Source: Eledone cirrhosa (Eukaryota). From it: a stretch of DNA of 64,000 nt. The notes under the pieces were generated by a model. It saw only the letters and a program-made list of their open reading frames with translations. It did no database searches and was not told the origin of the DNA. Positions within the stretch are counted from its first letter, which is position 1. Each line of letters begins with the position of its first letter. Position numbers and translations under genes: made by a program. The DNA lies in NCBI GenBank assembly GCA_964016885.1, contig OZ024760.1, positions 28,148,001-28,212,000 of the forward strand, in the 5' to 3' direction. Shown piece after piece: positions 47,226 through 61,731 of the stretch.

Positions 47226-47900
47226 CTATTCTCATCTAAGTTTCCTGGACACTGGAAACTTATTAAAACATAATTCAGTGGATAGAAAATAGCAAAGCGT
47301 GGACTGAATTCCTAGCCATTGAGAAAATCACTGCCTCTACGTCGGTGGCAAATTCAAAAAGAATCGAACACGTGACATCGAGGTCAATCAGTGGAAAGTG
47401 ATTTGCTAATAAGACAGCGGCCTGCCTGCTACCATAGCAGCAGTCATGGCCAATATTGCTCGACAAATAATTTGGAGATAATTATAAAGAATTAATATCT
47501 AGTAACATATATATACATACAGATGCATATCAATGCTAGCAAATATATAGGTTTTGTCTTAGTAACTTTGTGGTTCAATGCATGGGGTTGCAGAACAATA
47601 ATATGAGAGACGTAAAATAAGAAAATTATAAAATTAACTTACTTACTAAAATATCACTTCCAACTAATTAGTTTCTGGAATGGAATAAATATATTTTCCG
47701 AAGAAGATACAGAGAAGCATTCCACTGATTGACCTCGATGTCACGTGATTGATTCTTTTTGAATTTGCCACCGACGCAGAGGCAGTGATTTTTTCAATGG
47801 CTAGGAATTCAGTCCACGCTTTGCTATTTTCTATCCACTGAATTATTTTTTAATAAGTTTCCAGTGTCCACGCTTTGCCTGGAAACTTAGATGAGAATAG

Positions 47901-47982
47901 ACTTCCCTGACGACGGAATGCTTCTCTGTATCTTCTTCGGAAAATATATTTATTCCATTCCAGAAACTAATTAGCTGGAAGT
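47901..47982 (+). ncRNA. HHR copy with cleavage-triplet mutation
   Basis: acttcc-CTGACGA-cggaatg...cattcca-GAAA-ctaattag-CT-ggaagt. Confidence 0.6.
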
Positions 47983-48027
47983 GATATTTTGGTAAGTAAG
48001 TTAATTTTATAATTTTCTTATTTTACG

Positions 48028-48096
<69 letters not shown>

Positions 48097-48723
48097 CGCA
48101 ACAAGCAAACATTAAACAATCTTTTAAATAAATTAAAATACCATTTAAATATTCACCTGTTCTAATGCTGTGTATATATATATGTGTGTGTGTGTGTGTG
48201 CATACGGTGTGTAGTTGCCATCGAATGTTCGTTGTGTGTCAATGATTTTTATATACATGTTCTCCAGATATATATTTATGACCTTGTCAATCAACGCTAA
48301 ATTAGTTAATTCCATCACAACTGTATCGGTTTCAAACCTGCCATCGTACTATAATACAACTTAATCTCAGAGTTGTATTTTGAAGCCTATAAATTTAGAT
48401 GACGTTAACAAGCGATAGAAACCAGAGCATACTCCTCACAGCGGGTGGAGGTTAACAACGAGTTGTCCCGTTGTGAAGATATGTGTTCGGAGGGTTAAAA
48501 CAGCTTAATTTAGCGAGAAAAAACATGCGTTAATGAAATATATAATAACGGAAGGTGAGAATTTGATCTTTATGAGAAAATCCCGAAAGTTTATATAAAA
48601 GATTTAATGAAATATTTAGTATATACCAAATTACATATATGTGATAACATGCACATCACTTGTGCATTGTGTATCTAGATTGACGTGTATCTCAGCACAA
48701 ACGGCTATCTAGATGTCTGTCTG

Positions 48724-48775
<52 letters not shown>

Positions 48776-48776
<1 letters not shown>

Positions 48777-50136
48777 GGTGTCGACGGCCTCCGAAATCGA
48801 GGCGGTCGGCACCTTACTGGAGGAGTACGAAAAGTTCACAGGGGCTAAGCTGAACCGGGACAAGTCGATCGGTTTGCAACTCGGCACGTGGAGGGGCAGA
48901 CCGATGCCCTCCGATAGCGTCGTCGGACGCTGGACGGAGGGCCCGGTGAAGTTGCTCGGGGTCTGGTTCGGACCGGACCTCCAGGTGAAGAAAAACTGGG
49001 CGGAGGTTACGAACAGGGTGTTTGCACTGACCCAGAAGTGGGCCAGTTGCAAACTATCCCTGAAAGGTCGGGCGGAGGTGGCGAACACCTACATAGCGTC
49101 CGTCATCTACTACCGCCTGACCGTAGTGCCCTGCCCAAGGGAAACTCTCACCAAGATGGAGCGCGCGCTCTTCCAATTCCTTTGGAAGAGGCGGGCTCCT
49201 ATGGTGAGGAGATCCATCTGCTGTCAACACCCTTCGAAAGGAGGGCTGGGGATGCCGTGGCTAATGATGCGTAAACACGCATTAAGGCTACGGCACCTCT
49301 ACGTATTCCTCACCGGACAACCGGTGTGGGCCTCGTTTGTGAGACGAACCTTTCCCAAACTCGTCTCACTCACCGAGCTGCAATCCTGGGTCAAGCAAAG
49401 ACCGAGAAAACTGGGCGCCTGGCACACTGAGTGTGCCCAGGCGCTCACCGCCCTCTGGCAGGCGGATCCGGTTATCAGTGGAGACTCCACCGCAACATTC
49501 TATAGAGGGCTGGTACGCAGCAGGTGCGACGACGCCCTCGGAGAAGCCCTAGACATGGAGGAGGACGAACTGGCCAGCCTGTTCGGTAGGACATTCAGCC
49601 CGGGACCTATGGACAACTTCCAGAAGTCCCTGGCCTGGCAGTGCTACCGAGGGGCTTTACCCGTTCGAGAAAGGCTCTACAGACACGGGCGCCCGGGTAG
49701 GGACCCCGCCAAAAAGATCTGTCCCAGATGCGTGTGCGACGAGGAAACCGTTGCACACGCATTAGTACACTGCTCGGGCGTAGCCGATCTGTGGGGCTAT
49801 GTCGAACAACTGCTGTCAAGGGTGGGACCGATCCGGTTGACCACCGAGTCGATTGTAATGATCAAGCCGCCTCCCCCCTTCAAAGATGAAGCAGAGGCGG
49901 TGTTTCTGTGCGTAATAGCCATGGCGAAAGAGGTTGTATGGTGGACGCGTCTGAAAGGACTGAGGTCGGGCACCTTTCTCTCTGGCCAACAACTGGTCCG
50001 TTTCTTCCGATATCATTTCGGAAGAAGGATCAGGATGGAGAGAGAGGTGCTGCACCCCAGCCGTTTCTATGAAAGATGGGTGAAAGTGGCGAGAATGGCC
50101 CGTGTGAATGGGCCTTCACTCTACATCAGACTATAG
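48776..50136 (+). CDS. Tx1/L1 ORF2 C-terminal part (RT end and CCHC zinc finger)
   Basis: GAKLNRDKS, LLGVWF, LSLKGR, GGLGMP, CPRC...ETVAHALVHC; the listed start at 48685 is microsatellite. Confidence 0.88.
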
Positions 50137-50400
50137 GTGAGGAAGATAAAAGACCAAGGGAGCACCCCTTCTCTGTGCACCTGAGGAGAAGGGTTGCACA
50201 CTTTTTTCGGGGGTGTGTGCGACCCCCCAAGGCGCCTCCTCTCTATTGAGGATTTTGTTAAAAATTTTATTTTTTGTTATATCTTATTTTATTTTTATAT
50301 TTTGTTATTGCCTTCTCCTTATTGAGGACGCCTTTTTGTGTAAACTCCCCCCTTTGTACTTGTCCCACTTTTGATGCCCTAGTGGCAAATAAAAGAAATA
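48776..50400 (+). mobile_element. 5'-truncated Tx1-clade (L1 group) LINE in (TATC)n
   Basis: ORF2 C-terminus, 3' UTR ending aataaaagaaa, (TATC)n on both sides. Confidence 0.85.
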
Positions 50401-50472
<72 letters not shown>

Positions 50473-50518
50473 CTTCCTTCCTTCCTTCCTCGACTCGCAT
50501 TCTATATATACGTGTGTG

Positions 50519-50569
<51 letters not shown>

Positions 50570-50830
50570 TAAAATTAGTCCTTCATCAGTGATCTTCCAG
50601 CCTTCATTGGTATTTCATCGCTTTAAAGATCATATACCACCGGTTGGTGCGAGCAACGGCTAAAGAAAGTCGTTGGGACACGTAAATAGGGTGAAACGAG
50701 CGGGACATGTAAACAAACAACGAAAAGTGAGGAAGAAGGAGTCAAGTCCCTGAAATCGATGAACTTAAGTTCTGTGAAATCGTAGACGATATATATATAT
50801 ATATAGATATAGATATGTATGTATATGTAT

Positions 50831-52233
50831 GTTTTCTCTTTCTCTTAATTTCGAGTATATTTTTTTGACCGGCCACCTTCCTGGTGGCAAGGTTGTAAAA
50901 GAAAAGAAATTATCATCCCTTGAATCGCAAGAATGTTTTGCAAATTTTGAAGGTGCCAGCTATCGCAGCCATTTGTAGACTATGAATTAGGGAGCTGCGC
51001 TTTTGTCCACAAATCCTAGTTCAGTCATACTTTGGTCCAAGCGGGTTGGTATATAACCCGTAGCACCAATAATGATGGGTATGAAGCTAAAGGTGTATCT
51101 TGGATACTGGATTTGTAAACTCCTCATCAATGGTCCGTAGATGTCCTCCTTCTCCTGTATTTTTCTGACAACGTTTACATCAAGTGGGCAGCTGATCTCC
51201 ACAACAGAACACGTTTTCAATGTGTGGTCCCAAACTACAATATCAGGCCGGTTGTGCTTTAATTTGGTGGCAGTTTTTATTTTCAGGTTCCACCAGTATT
51301 CCTTAGTGCCATCTGTCTCAATATATTCTTCCTCGTTTGTTGTTAATTTTGTTTTCCGAAGTGCGTTCCAGATGGTTCTAGCTATCCCATCGTGTCTCAT
51401 GGGGAGGTAGTAGCGAGATGACATTCTTTCGCAGCTGGCAACAATGTGGCTTACATCCTCGATCTTTGTTTTACATAGCCTACATTTATTGTCAGCTGCT
51501 GGCCCTCCTCTTTTGTGCAGCAGATATTTGGTAGGGAGTTCTTGTTCCTGTATTGCATAGAGATATCCCTCAAGGTGTGATGTCATAAACTTGTCGGAAC
51601 TCCATGCCAGGCTTTTTGAGTGGTTTATCCCCTCTATGGTCTGTGTTTTACGCCTCAAGTATCCATGCACAACTTTTTCTGTAAATTGGTCAATTTTTTT
51701 ATCTTGTTTGAACATTGAATAGGATCTTCCGATTTCTCTGGGTGAGAGATTTATATCAGGCTTTATTCCATATCTCTCCTCCAGATCAGTCGCTATTCTA
51801 ATGATATTTCTTTTTTCATGGTCATAAACCTGGGCAAGATGGTTGCCAACCTTTTTCCTCTGTTGAAGGTGTTGCTTCAGTGTCACTATCCGGGTCTCAT
51901 ATGTTGTTAATATTGATTTTAGACCCCGGCCACCTTCCTTGCGTGAGAAGTATAGCCTATCCACATCACCATTGATGTTAAAGTTCCCAGTAACACTGAG
52001 AAGTTTTCGAGTTCTAACATCCATCTCACTTAGTTCTTGCAATGACCAGTTCAGTAGGCCAAATGTTGGCGTTAGAATTGGCACAGCATAAGTATTGTGG
52101 GCAATGTATTTGTTGTATGCTGACAGTTCTGATGACCATATTTTCTTTACTCTTCTGAGGTATTCAGTTCTGGTTCTCTCCTTATTTATAGGTCCATCAT
52201 ATCTGACATTCTCATCCTGTCCAAGATATCTGT
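50831..52233 (-). mobile_element. 5'-truncated R4/Dong-clade LINE in (CATA)n
   Basis: RLE-type ORF; atacat repeats at both ends. Confidence 0.85.
50914..52233 (-). pseudogene. R4/Dong ORF C-terminus: RT end, CCHC, restriction-like endonuclease; frameshift near 50995
   Basis: YRYLG, RLY..RKEGGRGL, CRLC...HIVASC, RHD, NRPDIV...VEISCP. Confidence 0.88.
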
Positions 52234-52235
52234 AG

Positions 52236-52268
<33 letters not shown>

Positions 52269-52319
52269 TGTATGTATGTATGTATGTATGTATGTATGTA
52301 TGTATGTATGTATGTATAT

Positions 52320-52458
52320 GGTAAATAGAAATAACACAATCAGTACAGTATATGGAAGGGATATATTAGGTTAACGCTTGCTATAGCAGGAAGAGGGCCT
52401 TAACGTTTCGGATACTAGTCTTTCATTAGAAGAAAGAATGAAAAATAAGATAGATTTA
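52320..52458 (-). mobile_element. Short HHR element, degenerate copy of 57250-57398
   Basis: Sequence similarity; core mutated to ctaatga. Confidence 0.7.
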
Positions 52459-52604
52459 GTCAGGACTCCGACAGATCTAGCTGTTGAAACGGCCAGAGCT
52501 CAGCCGTCGGGGTCCTGACTATTTCCCTTTACCCACTGTACTACCCTAAGTATCGAGTACTATGGTGCGTTATGGTACACCTGGTTTCTTACCACACTTT
52601 CTAT

Positions 52605-52658
<54 letters not shown>

Positions 52659-52694
52659 TACAGAATAATCAAAACTATGTTCAAAACATTTTAT

Positions 52695-52741
52695 TACTGA
52701 CAATCGTTTCTTCCTAATTTTTGTTTGGAATCATCGGAGCA
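52695..52741 (-). ncRNA. HHR with CCGATGA core
   Basis: tgct-CCGATGA-ttccaaac...taggaa-GAAA-cgattg-TC-agta. Confidence 0.65.
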
Positions 52742-53027
52742 CTAGCAAAGTTTAGAATATAATTAACCTCCTATGCATAATACCTCTGCACTCTTTCTAT
52801 ACGTTTGCATATGTACCGCTAATGTCCTCGTTTTGCGAGTAACTTTCTTCTTTAATTCCTCTATAATTATTGCATTATTCTTTTTTAATCTTTGTCGCAT
52901 CCACTGATACTGACCACATCATCTTCACTCTTTAAATATGACACTGTTAATAACAACACTAACAACTACGTATCTTTACGATTGTTCTGTGGAATAGGAG
53001 GTTAATTATATGTCTAAACTTTGCTAG

Positions 53028-53074
53028 TGCTCCGATGATTCCAAACGAAAGTTTGGAAGAAACGATTGTCATCA
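53028..53074 (+). ncRNA. HHR with CCGATGA core
   Basis: CCGATGA-ttccaaac gaaa gtttggaa-GAAA-cgattg-TC; perfect 8-bp stem II. Confidence 0.68.
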
Positions 53075-53215
53075 ATAAAACTGTAATTTATATTCCGGCT
53101 CTGTAAAACATCTGAATTATTTACATTGAGCTATTTTTCTTACTGGTAATAAGGTGGTAATGAATTACTGACCTTTCCTGTTTATAATTATATATAGTCT
53201 ATATATAAGTATACA

Positions 53216-53279
<64 letters not shown>

Positions 53280-53324
53280 GTTATAGGAATAACCAAAGAG
53301 TGCTTATAAATACATAGTTTTATT

Positions 53325-53371
53325 AGCTAACAGTGTTTCATCCATCCACCATGGCAGGAATCTTCAGAGCT
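53325..53371 (-). ncRNA. Type I HHR
   Basis: agct-CTGAAGA-ttcctgcca...tggatggat-GAAA-cactg-TT-agct. Confidence 0.7.
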
Positions 53372-53528
53372 TATAAACATGAGTATATCAGTAGTTGTAT
53401 GCTCCATCGAGCTGCGTCACCAGAACAAGGTTAAATGACTAGTTATCCTACATTGAGCTAAAACCACACTGTCATACCAAGGGCAATATATCTACATGTA
53501 TAGGCATATTGATATATTTGTCAACGAA

Positions 53529-53597
<69 letters not shown>

Positions 53598-53701
53598 TAT
53601 TGAAATTTCCGTTGAAAACAGAAAAGGTCATAGAAGTCAAGAGTGCTCTATGTAGGTACCAGAGCAAAATTTAATGTATAAAAATCAATACAATATAATT
53701 A

Positions 53702-53771
53702 CCTCATTACCAGAGGTTTCCCGAATGAGGCGAATACGAAAGAAACGTCTTCATTCGTTCGTCAGACGAGG
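53702..53771 (-). ncRNA. Type I HHR
   Basis: cctcgt-CTGACGA-acgaatgaagacg...cgcctcattcgg-GAAA-cc tct gg-TA-atgagg. Confidence 0.8.
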
Positions 53772-53894
53772 CAATATATATATATATATAAATTTGAAAA
53801 ACAGGCAGGTAAAATTTAACTAATTTTTCTTCTTAGCTCCTTTAATTGATTATTTATGCAGGACTAAATTTAAAATGTAAGTTTGAAGAAATAA

Positions 53895-54003
53895 TTGTTT
53901 CTACTTTTGGCACAAGGCCAGCAATTATCCCAGTGTATTACTGGTACTTTATTTTATTGACCCCGTAAAGATGAGAGGCAAAGTTAACCTTGGCAGGATT
54001 TGA
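53895..54003 (-). mobile_element. SINE 3' fragment
   Basis: Reverse complement of the 10115-10225-type sequence. Confidence 0.7.
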
Positions 54004-54611
54004 AGAAATAATAGATAAATATTTGCCAATATTTCTCTAGCCACGACGGTCGACAGTTTCGCTTGCACTTTGTTTAAATGTTTAATCGCTTCATTCTCCA
54101 TCAGGTGTCAACCTTATCAAGGGATTCTCTCAGTTATAACCGATTTTTTCCCAAAGGTGTGGAAATTATCACGTGGCCAGCGGTCAAGATAGAAGTGTTG
54201 TAAAGGGTGGACTAGTGGTGAGTAAGTTCATTGCTAGAAGAAGCAGTTAGTTACAGCCTCATTTTTACTTAACCGTAGGGGAGTTAGAACAAAGTCGGAA
54301 GAAATACGCATATATTTAAACATAAGCATAGATACATATATAAGTGGAGCCTACCATATATATACACACACACGAACATTGACAAACACAGATACATACA
54401 TACATTGACAAACACACACACATACATGCATACATTGACAAACACACACACATACATGCATACATAGACAAACACACATCCATACATACATACATACATA
54501 CATACATATACATACATATATACACATACACACATACACACATACATACATACATATACACACATACTTGCGAAATGAGTCAATGAAAATAAGCCCACAC
54601 ATCACAAGAGG

Positions 54612-56146
54612 TGATGGTGGGGTGGTGAGGGTGATGGTGTTAGTTGGGGTGGTAGTGGTGTTGGTGGTGGTGGTAGTTGTGGTGGTAGTTGTGGTGGGTG
54701 TAGTAGTGATGGTGATGATTGTGGTGGTAGTGGTGACGATGGTGGTGGTAGTTGTGGTGATGGTGGTAGTTGTGGTGGTAGTAGTGGTGGGTGTAGTAGT
54801 GATGGTGATGGTGGTGGTGGTAGTGGTGACGATGGTGGTGGTAGTTGTGGTGATGGTGGTAGTTGTGGTGGTAGTAGTGGTGGGTGTAGTAGTGATGGTG
54901 ATGATGGTGGTGGTAGTGGTGGTGATGGTGGTAGTTGTGGTGGTAGTAGTGGTGGAGGGTAGTAGTGATGGTGATGATGGTGGTGGTAGTGGTGGTGACG
55001 ATGGTGGTGGTAGTGGTGGTGATGGTGGTAGTAGTGGTGGAGGGTAGTAGTGATGGTGATGATGGTGGTAGTAGTGGTGGTGACGATGGTGGTGGTAGTG
55101 GTGGTGGTGGTAATGGTGACGGTGGTGGTGGTAGTGGTAGTAGCGGTGGTGGTGGTAGTGTTTGTAGTGGCCTGGGTGGTAGCAGTGGTGGTAATGGTGG
55201 TAGTATCAGTAGTGGTGGTGGGGTAATTGTGGTAATGGTTGTTTTTGTTGTTGTTGGTGGTATGGTGGGTGGTAGTAGTGATTAATCTGCTGCTATTGCT
55301 GCTGCTGCTGCTGCTGCTGCTACTGAAGATGCTGATGTGAATTAAAGACTTGGAGAAGCATGTCATCCACCGCCACCGCCACCACCACCACCATTACACC
55401 ACCACCATTACCCAGCACCACCACCACCCAGCACCACCACTACACCAGCAGTAGCAGCAGCAGCTGAGAATCATTTCACCTGGAATAATTCCAACAGATT
55501 TTAATTGAAGTGGTAGTCGTGGTGGTGGTAGTGTAATGGTAGTGGTGGTGGTGGTAGTGGTGGTGGTGGTGGTGTAATGGTAGTGGTGGTGGAGGTAGTG
55601 GTGGTGGTGGTGGTGGTGGTGGTAGTGGTGGTGGTGGTAGTGGTGGTGGTGGTGGTGTAATGGTAGTGGTGGTGGAGGTAGTGGTGGTGGTGGTGGTGGT
55701 GGTGGTAGTGGTGGTGGTGGTGGTAGTGGTGATGGCAGTGGTGTAATGGTAGTGGTGGTGGAGGGTGGTGGTGGTAGTGGTGGTGGTGGTGTAATGGTGG
55801 TAGTGTAATGGTAGTGGTGGTGGTGTAATGATAGTGGTGGTGGAGGGTGGTGGTGGTAGTGGTGGTGGTGGTGTACTGGTGGTGGTGGTGGTGGTGTAAT
55901 GGTAGTGGTGGTGGAGGGTGGTGGTGGTAGTGGTAGTGGTGGTGGAGGTAGTGGTGGCGGTGGTGTAATGGTAGTGGTGGTGGTGGTGGTGGTGGTGGTG
56001 GTGTAATGGTAGTGGTGGTGGTGTAATGATAGTGGTGGTGGAGGGTGGTGGTGGTGGTGGTCGTGGTGGTGGTAGTGTAGTGGTGGTGGTGGTCGTCGTC
56101 GTCGTGGTGGTGGTGTAATGGTAGTGGTGGTGGTGGTGGTGGTGGT
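54612..56146. repeat. (GGT/AGT)n trinucleotide tracts
   Basis: Direct reading. Confidence 0.9.
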
Positions 56147-56250
56147 TGACATGCTTCTCCAAGACTTTAATTCACCTCTTTCTCTCTCTCTCATATATAT
56201 ATGTATAACCACAGTAAGTAAGGTACTCAATACAAAGCAGAGTGTAAATA

Positions 56251-56474
<224 letters not shown>

Positions 56475-56572
56475 GTTTAATAAATGAACAGAGAACAAAA
56501 AACACAGAAGGAGTACAAATGATATTAGTATTAGTTTCACGCTTCAGAGTGGAGGGTTATATATATATATAT

Positions 56573-56764
56573 AACGAAGGAAGTGTGGTAAGGAACCAGG
56601 TGGACCATAGCGCACCAGAGTACTCAATACTTAGGGTAGTAGAGTGGGTAATAGGAAAATGTTTAACCACGACAGCAGAGCTCAAGCCGTTTCGACAGCT
56701 ATTTCTGGAGTCCAGAAATAGCCGACGAAATGGCGTGAGCTCTGCAGTCGGGGTTAAACATTTT

Positions 56765-56768
<4 letters not shown>
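56573..56768. mobile_element. Palindromic copy of the high-copy HHR family
   Basis: As 24772 and 46186, in the opposite orientation. Confidence 0.78.
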
Positions 56769-56801
<33 letters not shown>

Positions 56802-57123
56802 AGGGAGAGAGAGAGAATGCTGTTTTAAACATCTGATATAAACAATTAACACAGCAGCATCAATAATCACAACAACTGTAAAATTAACAAAGCTGTGATA
56901 AATATCGTTTCTAAATTAAAACATTAAACGTGGAGTAATTATCAAATATTCATTAATTATTCCGATGGTGGTGTTGTAATGTAACATTAAACAACACGAT
57001 TAGGTTACAACAGAAGTGGAAGCAATATGGCGGCATAGCACGCTACTTTAAAATGTTCAATTGTTCCTTCACTTAGCTATTGGTTAATTTATTGGTTCAT
57101 TAATATATGGAGAACTGTGCGGT

Positions 57124-57156
<33 letters not shown>

Positions 57157-57274
57157 ATGTAGATACAGATTGAGAGAGATGTACACACACACACACATAC
57201 ACACACACACGCACACACACACATACATATACCCGCCCATCCCCTCAACTCAATCTATCTTATTTCTCATTCTT

Positions 57275-57310
57275 TCTTCTGATGAAGGACTAGCGTCCGA
57301 AACGTTAAGA
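57275..57310 (+). ncRNA. Ultra-minimal type I HHR
   Basis: tctt-CTGATGA-aggac tagc gtcc-GAAA-CG-TT-aaga; ACGT palindrome as stem III. Confidence 0.8.
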
Positions 57311-57418
57311 CCCTCTTCATGCTATATCAAGCGTTAACCTAATGTATACCTTCCATATACTGTACCGGTTGTGTTGTTATTTCTGTTTACCTTTTACATA
57401 CATATATATATATATATA

Positions 57419-57460
57419 CACAGGGTGTCCCGACAAAAATGTATACACATTTTGATTAAC
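57419..57460 (+). mobile_element. Tc1/mariner-like terminal sequence
   Basis: cagggtgtccc...aaaatgtatacac directly after (TA)n; partner TIR not found. Confidence 0.4.
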
Positions 57461-57779
57461 TGTGCAAGCAATATTTATTAGAATGGTGTTGAAGTGTGTA
57501 AATATATACGAGAAAACTATATATTCTCCATTGTTTTCAAGTTCAACACTCGCAAGCGTGGGAGGGAGGGATGGTCCTGATGATAACCATTTAAGTTAGA
57601 AATGCATCGACGATTGTCCCCCTTGCTTCTACTGGACACCACCAGAGGGGATAGTCCCCGGTGTTTTTTTGCATAGCTACGGCTTTTTAAATGTTTATAT
57701 ATAGACATACCATGTTTCTTTAGAAATACGAAATTCCTATGCATACCTGTATACAGCTATGCCTGAAGCTAAATCCTAG

Positions 57780-57780
<1 letters not shown>

Positions 57781-57840
<60 letters not shown>

Positions 57841-57933
57841 ATATTATATATTATATATATATATTATATATATATATATATTATATATTATATATATATA
57901 TTATATATATATATATATATATAATATATATAT

Positions 57934-57965
<32 letters not shown>

Positions 57966-58099
57966 ATATTATATATATATTATATATATATATATATATA
58001 TTATATATTATATATATATTATATATTATATATATATTATATATTATATATATATTATATATATATTATATATTATATATATATTATATATATATATAT

Positions 58100-58150
<51 letters not shown>

Positions 58151-58289
58151 ATATTATATATATATTATATATATATATATATTATATATTATATATATAT
58201 TATATATTATATATATATTATATATTATATATATATTATATATATATTATATTATATATATATTATATATATATATATTATATATTATA

Positions 58290-58344
<55 letters not shown>

Positions 58345-59091
58345 ATATTATATATATATTATATATATATATATTATATATTATATATATATTATATATA
58401 TATATTATATATATTATATATATATATATATTATATATATAATATATATATATATATTATATATATATATATATTATATATATAATATATATATATATAT
58501 TATATATATATATATATATTATATATATAATATATATATATATATTATATATATATATACATATTATATATATAATATATATATATATTATATATATATA
58601 TATATATTATATATATAATATATATATATATATTATATATATAATATATATATATATATTATATATATTTATATATTATATATATATATATATTATATAC
58701 ATATATATATATATAATATATATATATAATATATATTATATATATATATATAATATATATTATATATATATTATATATATATAATATATATATATAATAT
58801 ATATATATAATATATATTATATATATATATATTATATATATATTATATATATATATAATATATATTATATATATATTATATATATATATTATATATATAT
58901 ATATATTATATATATATAATATATATATATAATATATATTATATATATATATTATATATATATATATTATATATATATATATATAATATATATATAATAT
59001 ATATTATACATATATATTATATATATATATATATAATATATATTATATATATATATTATATATATATATATAATATATTATATATATATAT

Positions 59092-59125
<34 letters not shown>

Positions 59126-59554
59126 ATATTATATATATATATAATATATTATATATATATATTACATATATATATTATATATATATATATATAATATATA
59201 TATAATATATATTATATATATATATTAAATATATATATTATATATACATATTATATATATATATAATATATATATATATAATATATATATATAATAAATA
59301 TTATATATAATATATATTATATATATATATTATATATATATATTATATGTATATAGTATATATATATTATATATATATATTATATATATATATATTATAT
59401 ATATATAATATATATATATATTATATATATATATATTATATATATATTATATATATATATAATATATATATAATATATATATATAATATATTATATATAT
59501 ATATATTATATATATATATATTATATATATATAAATATAATATATATATATAAT

Positions 59555-59613
<59 letters not shown>

Positions 59614-59663
59614 TATAATATATATATATAATGATATATATATATATATCATATATATATATC

Positions 59664-59706
<43 letters not shown>

Positions 59707-59873
59707 ATATTATATATATATATATACATATTATATATATATATATATTATATATATATATATTATATATATATATTATATATATATATTATATATATAT
59801 ATATATCTATAATATATATATATATAATATATATATATATAATATATATTATATGTATATATTATATATATAT

Positions 59874-59904
<31 letters not shown>

Positions 59905-60303
59905 ATATATATATTATATATATATTATATATATATATATATAATATATATTATATATATATTATCTATATATATTATATATATATATAATATATATTAT
60001 ATATATATTATATATATATATAATATATATATATAATATATATATATTATATTTTATATATTATATATATATATATATTATATATATATTATATATATAT
60101 ATAATATATATATATATATTATATATATATATATAATATATATTATATATATATATTATATATATAATATATATATATATAATATATATTATATATATAT
60201 ATATATAATATATATTATATATATATATATTAAATATATATATATAATATATATATATATTTAATATATATATATAATATATATTATATATATCTATATA
60301 TAT
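57781..60303. repeat. ~2.5-kb interrupted (TA)n tract
   Basis: Direct reading. Confidence 0.95.
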
Positions 60304-60639
60304 AATTCCCGTTCTGTGTGTGTGTGTAAAAGAGTTTCACTTGGAAAATATTCCATCGATCTCTGTCAAATTAAACACATAGCGAAAATAGGCTACGGTT
60401 TGTAACATCAAGAAAAAATTATTTCATAATGATTAATTTCGAAGTCACAAACTTCGATTTTATAATCTTATAGACTTTTGCACTAACAAATTCCATGACG
60501 GCCATAAGGAGAGAGAGAGAGAGCGTTCCTTTTACACACTTCTTAAGTCTCCCCCTTCCACAACACGACGTTATGGGATTGTATGTGTATTTGCGTGTGT
60601 ATATGTGTGTTTATGTGTTTGTGTGTGTACGTGTGCATG

Positions 60640-60709
<70 letters not shown>

Positions 60710-61479
60710 TTCCATAACGGCCAGAGAGAGAAGGATGTGTGAGAGGGAGATAGAAAGAGAGGAGTGAGAGAGAGAGAGAGAGTAAAATAAAGAAAGAGAG
60801 GAGTGTGTGTGACGCGAATATGATAAATACAGCGTTTATAATTTTAACTTATTTATTACACTTCTTAACTCTCGCCCTTCCACAACGTCACGTCTTGGGA
60901 TTGTGTGCCGATACTGCCAAATGAATATTACATAAGTTATCTACTAAATTTCGTGGCTGTTCATTAAATATATTTTATTATTTATTTAAATATTCATTCC
61001 TTTAAAATTTTTAAATGTCAACACTTCCGGTTGGCCATCGTTAAAATAAATATACTAATTTTCCGTCACTAATTTTCTCCTAATGCAGTTTATATATAAT
61101 ATCGTCTTTTTTAATGCATCATGGATTACGTTACTGATTACATAAGACAGTGTAACGCAGTCTTCGTTCAATTTCTAGTATTATATATTGTCAGTTACGA
61201 TTTTATTTGATGTATCATATCTACATGTATATATACCTGCGTATAATGTCAATAAACACACTACACAGAATATATAACTAGCAGAAAACCACACGAAAGG
61301 TGGTTTTTCTGCTAGTTGTTTATAATTAATTTATAACTCTATAAATTTAACTGTCTTTAACACTTAGACATCTCAATGAAAGGACAAGATATATTAATAA
61401 AATATCTACTCGGGGAAATATTAGAATATATTCAACTTAAACCATAATCTCATTTTAGTCGGATATAAGTCAAACCGAC

Positions 61480-61625
61480 GAAGACAGGGCTACCTCCCTA
61501 CTCACCACCATAGGCGCTGAGCTGGCCAGTTGCAGGTGTGAGCCCCGCGAGTTGGAGTGGCTTTTCCAGCGCGTCTCCCTTGCTGTCTTCCGGGGAAACG
61601 CCTCCTCCATTCTGACCGCCGGGGC
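61480..61625 (+). pseudogene. CRE-like non-LTR retrotransposon C-terminal fragment
   Basis: Translates as ...CEPRELEWLFQRVSLAVFRGNASSIL, resembling the QR.S.A..RGNA end motif. Confidence 0.65.
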
Positions 61626-61731
61626 TGTGTGTGTGTGTGGGGGGGGGGGGGGTCCCATCGCGTATCATTCCATATTTAATTATGGTCGGTATGTATATGC
61701 TTATATATGTTACTTTTATTTTCATTAAGTT

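Larger units (their letters stand above)
46978..48035. mobile_element. Complex direct and inverted HHR-bearing repeat
   Basis: 46978-47211 repeated at 47484-47723; inverted at 47722-48035. Confidence 0.75.
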
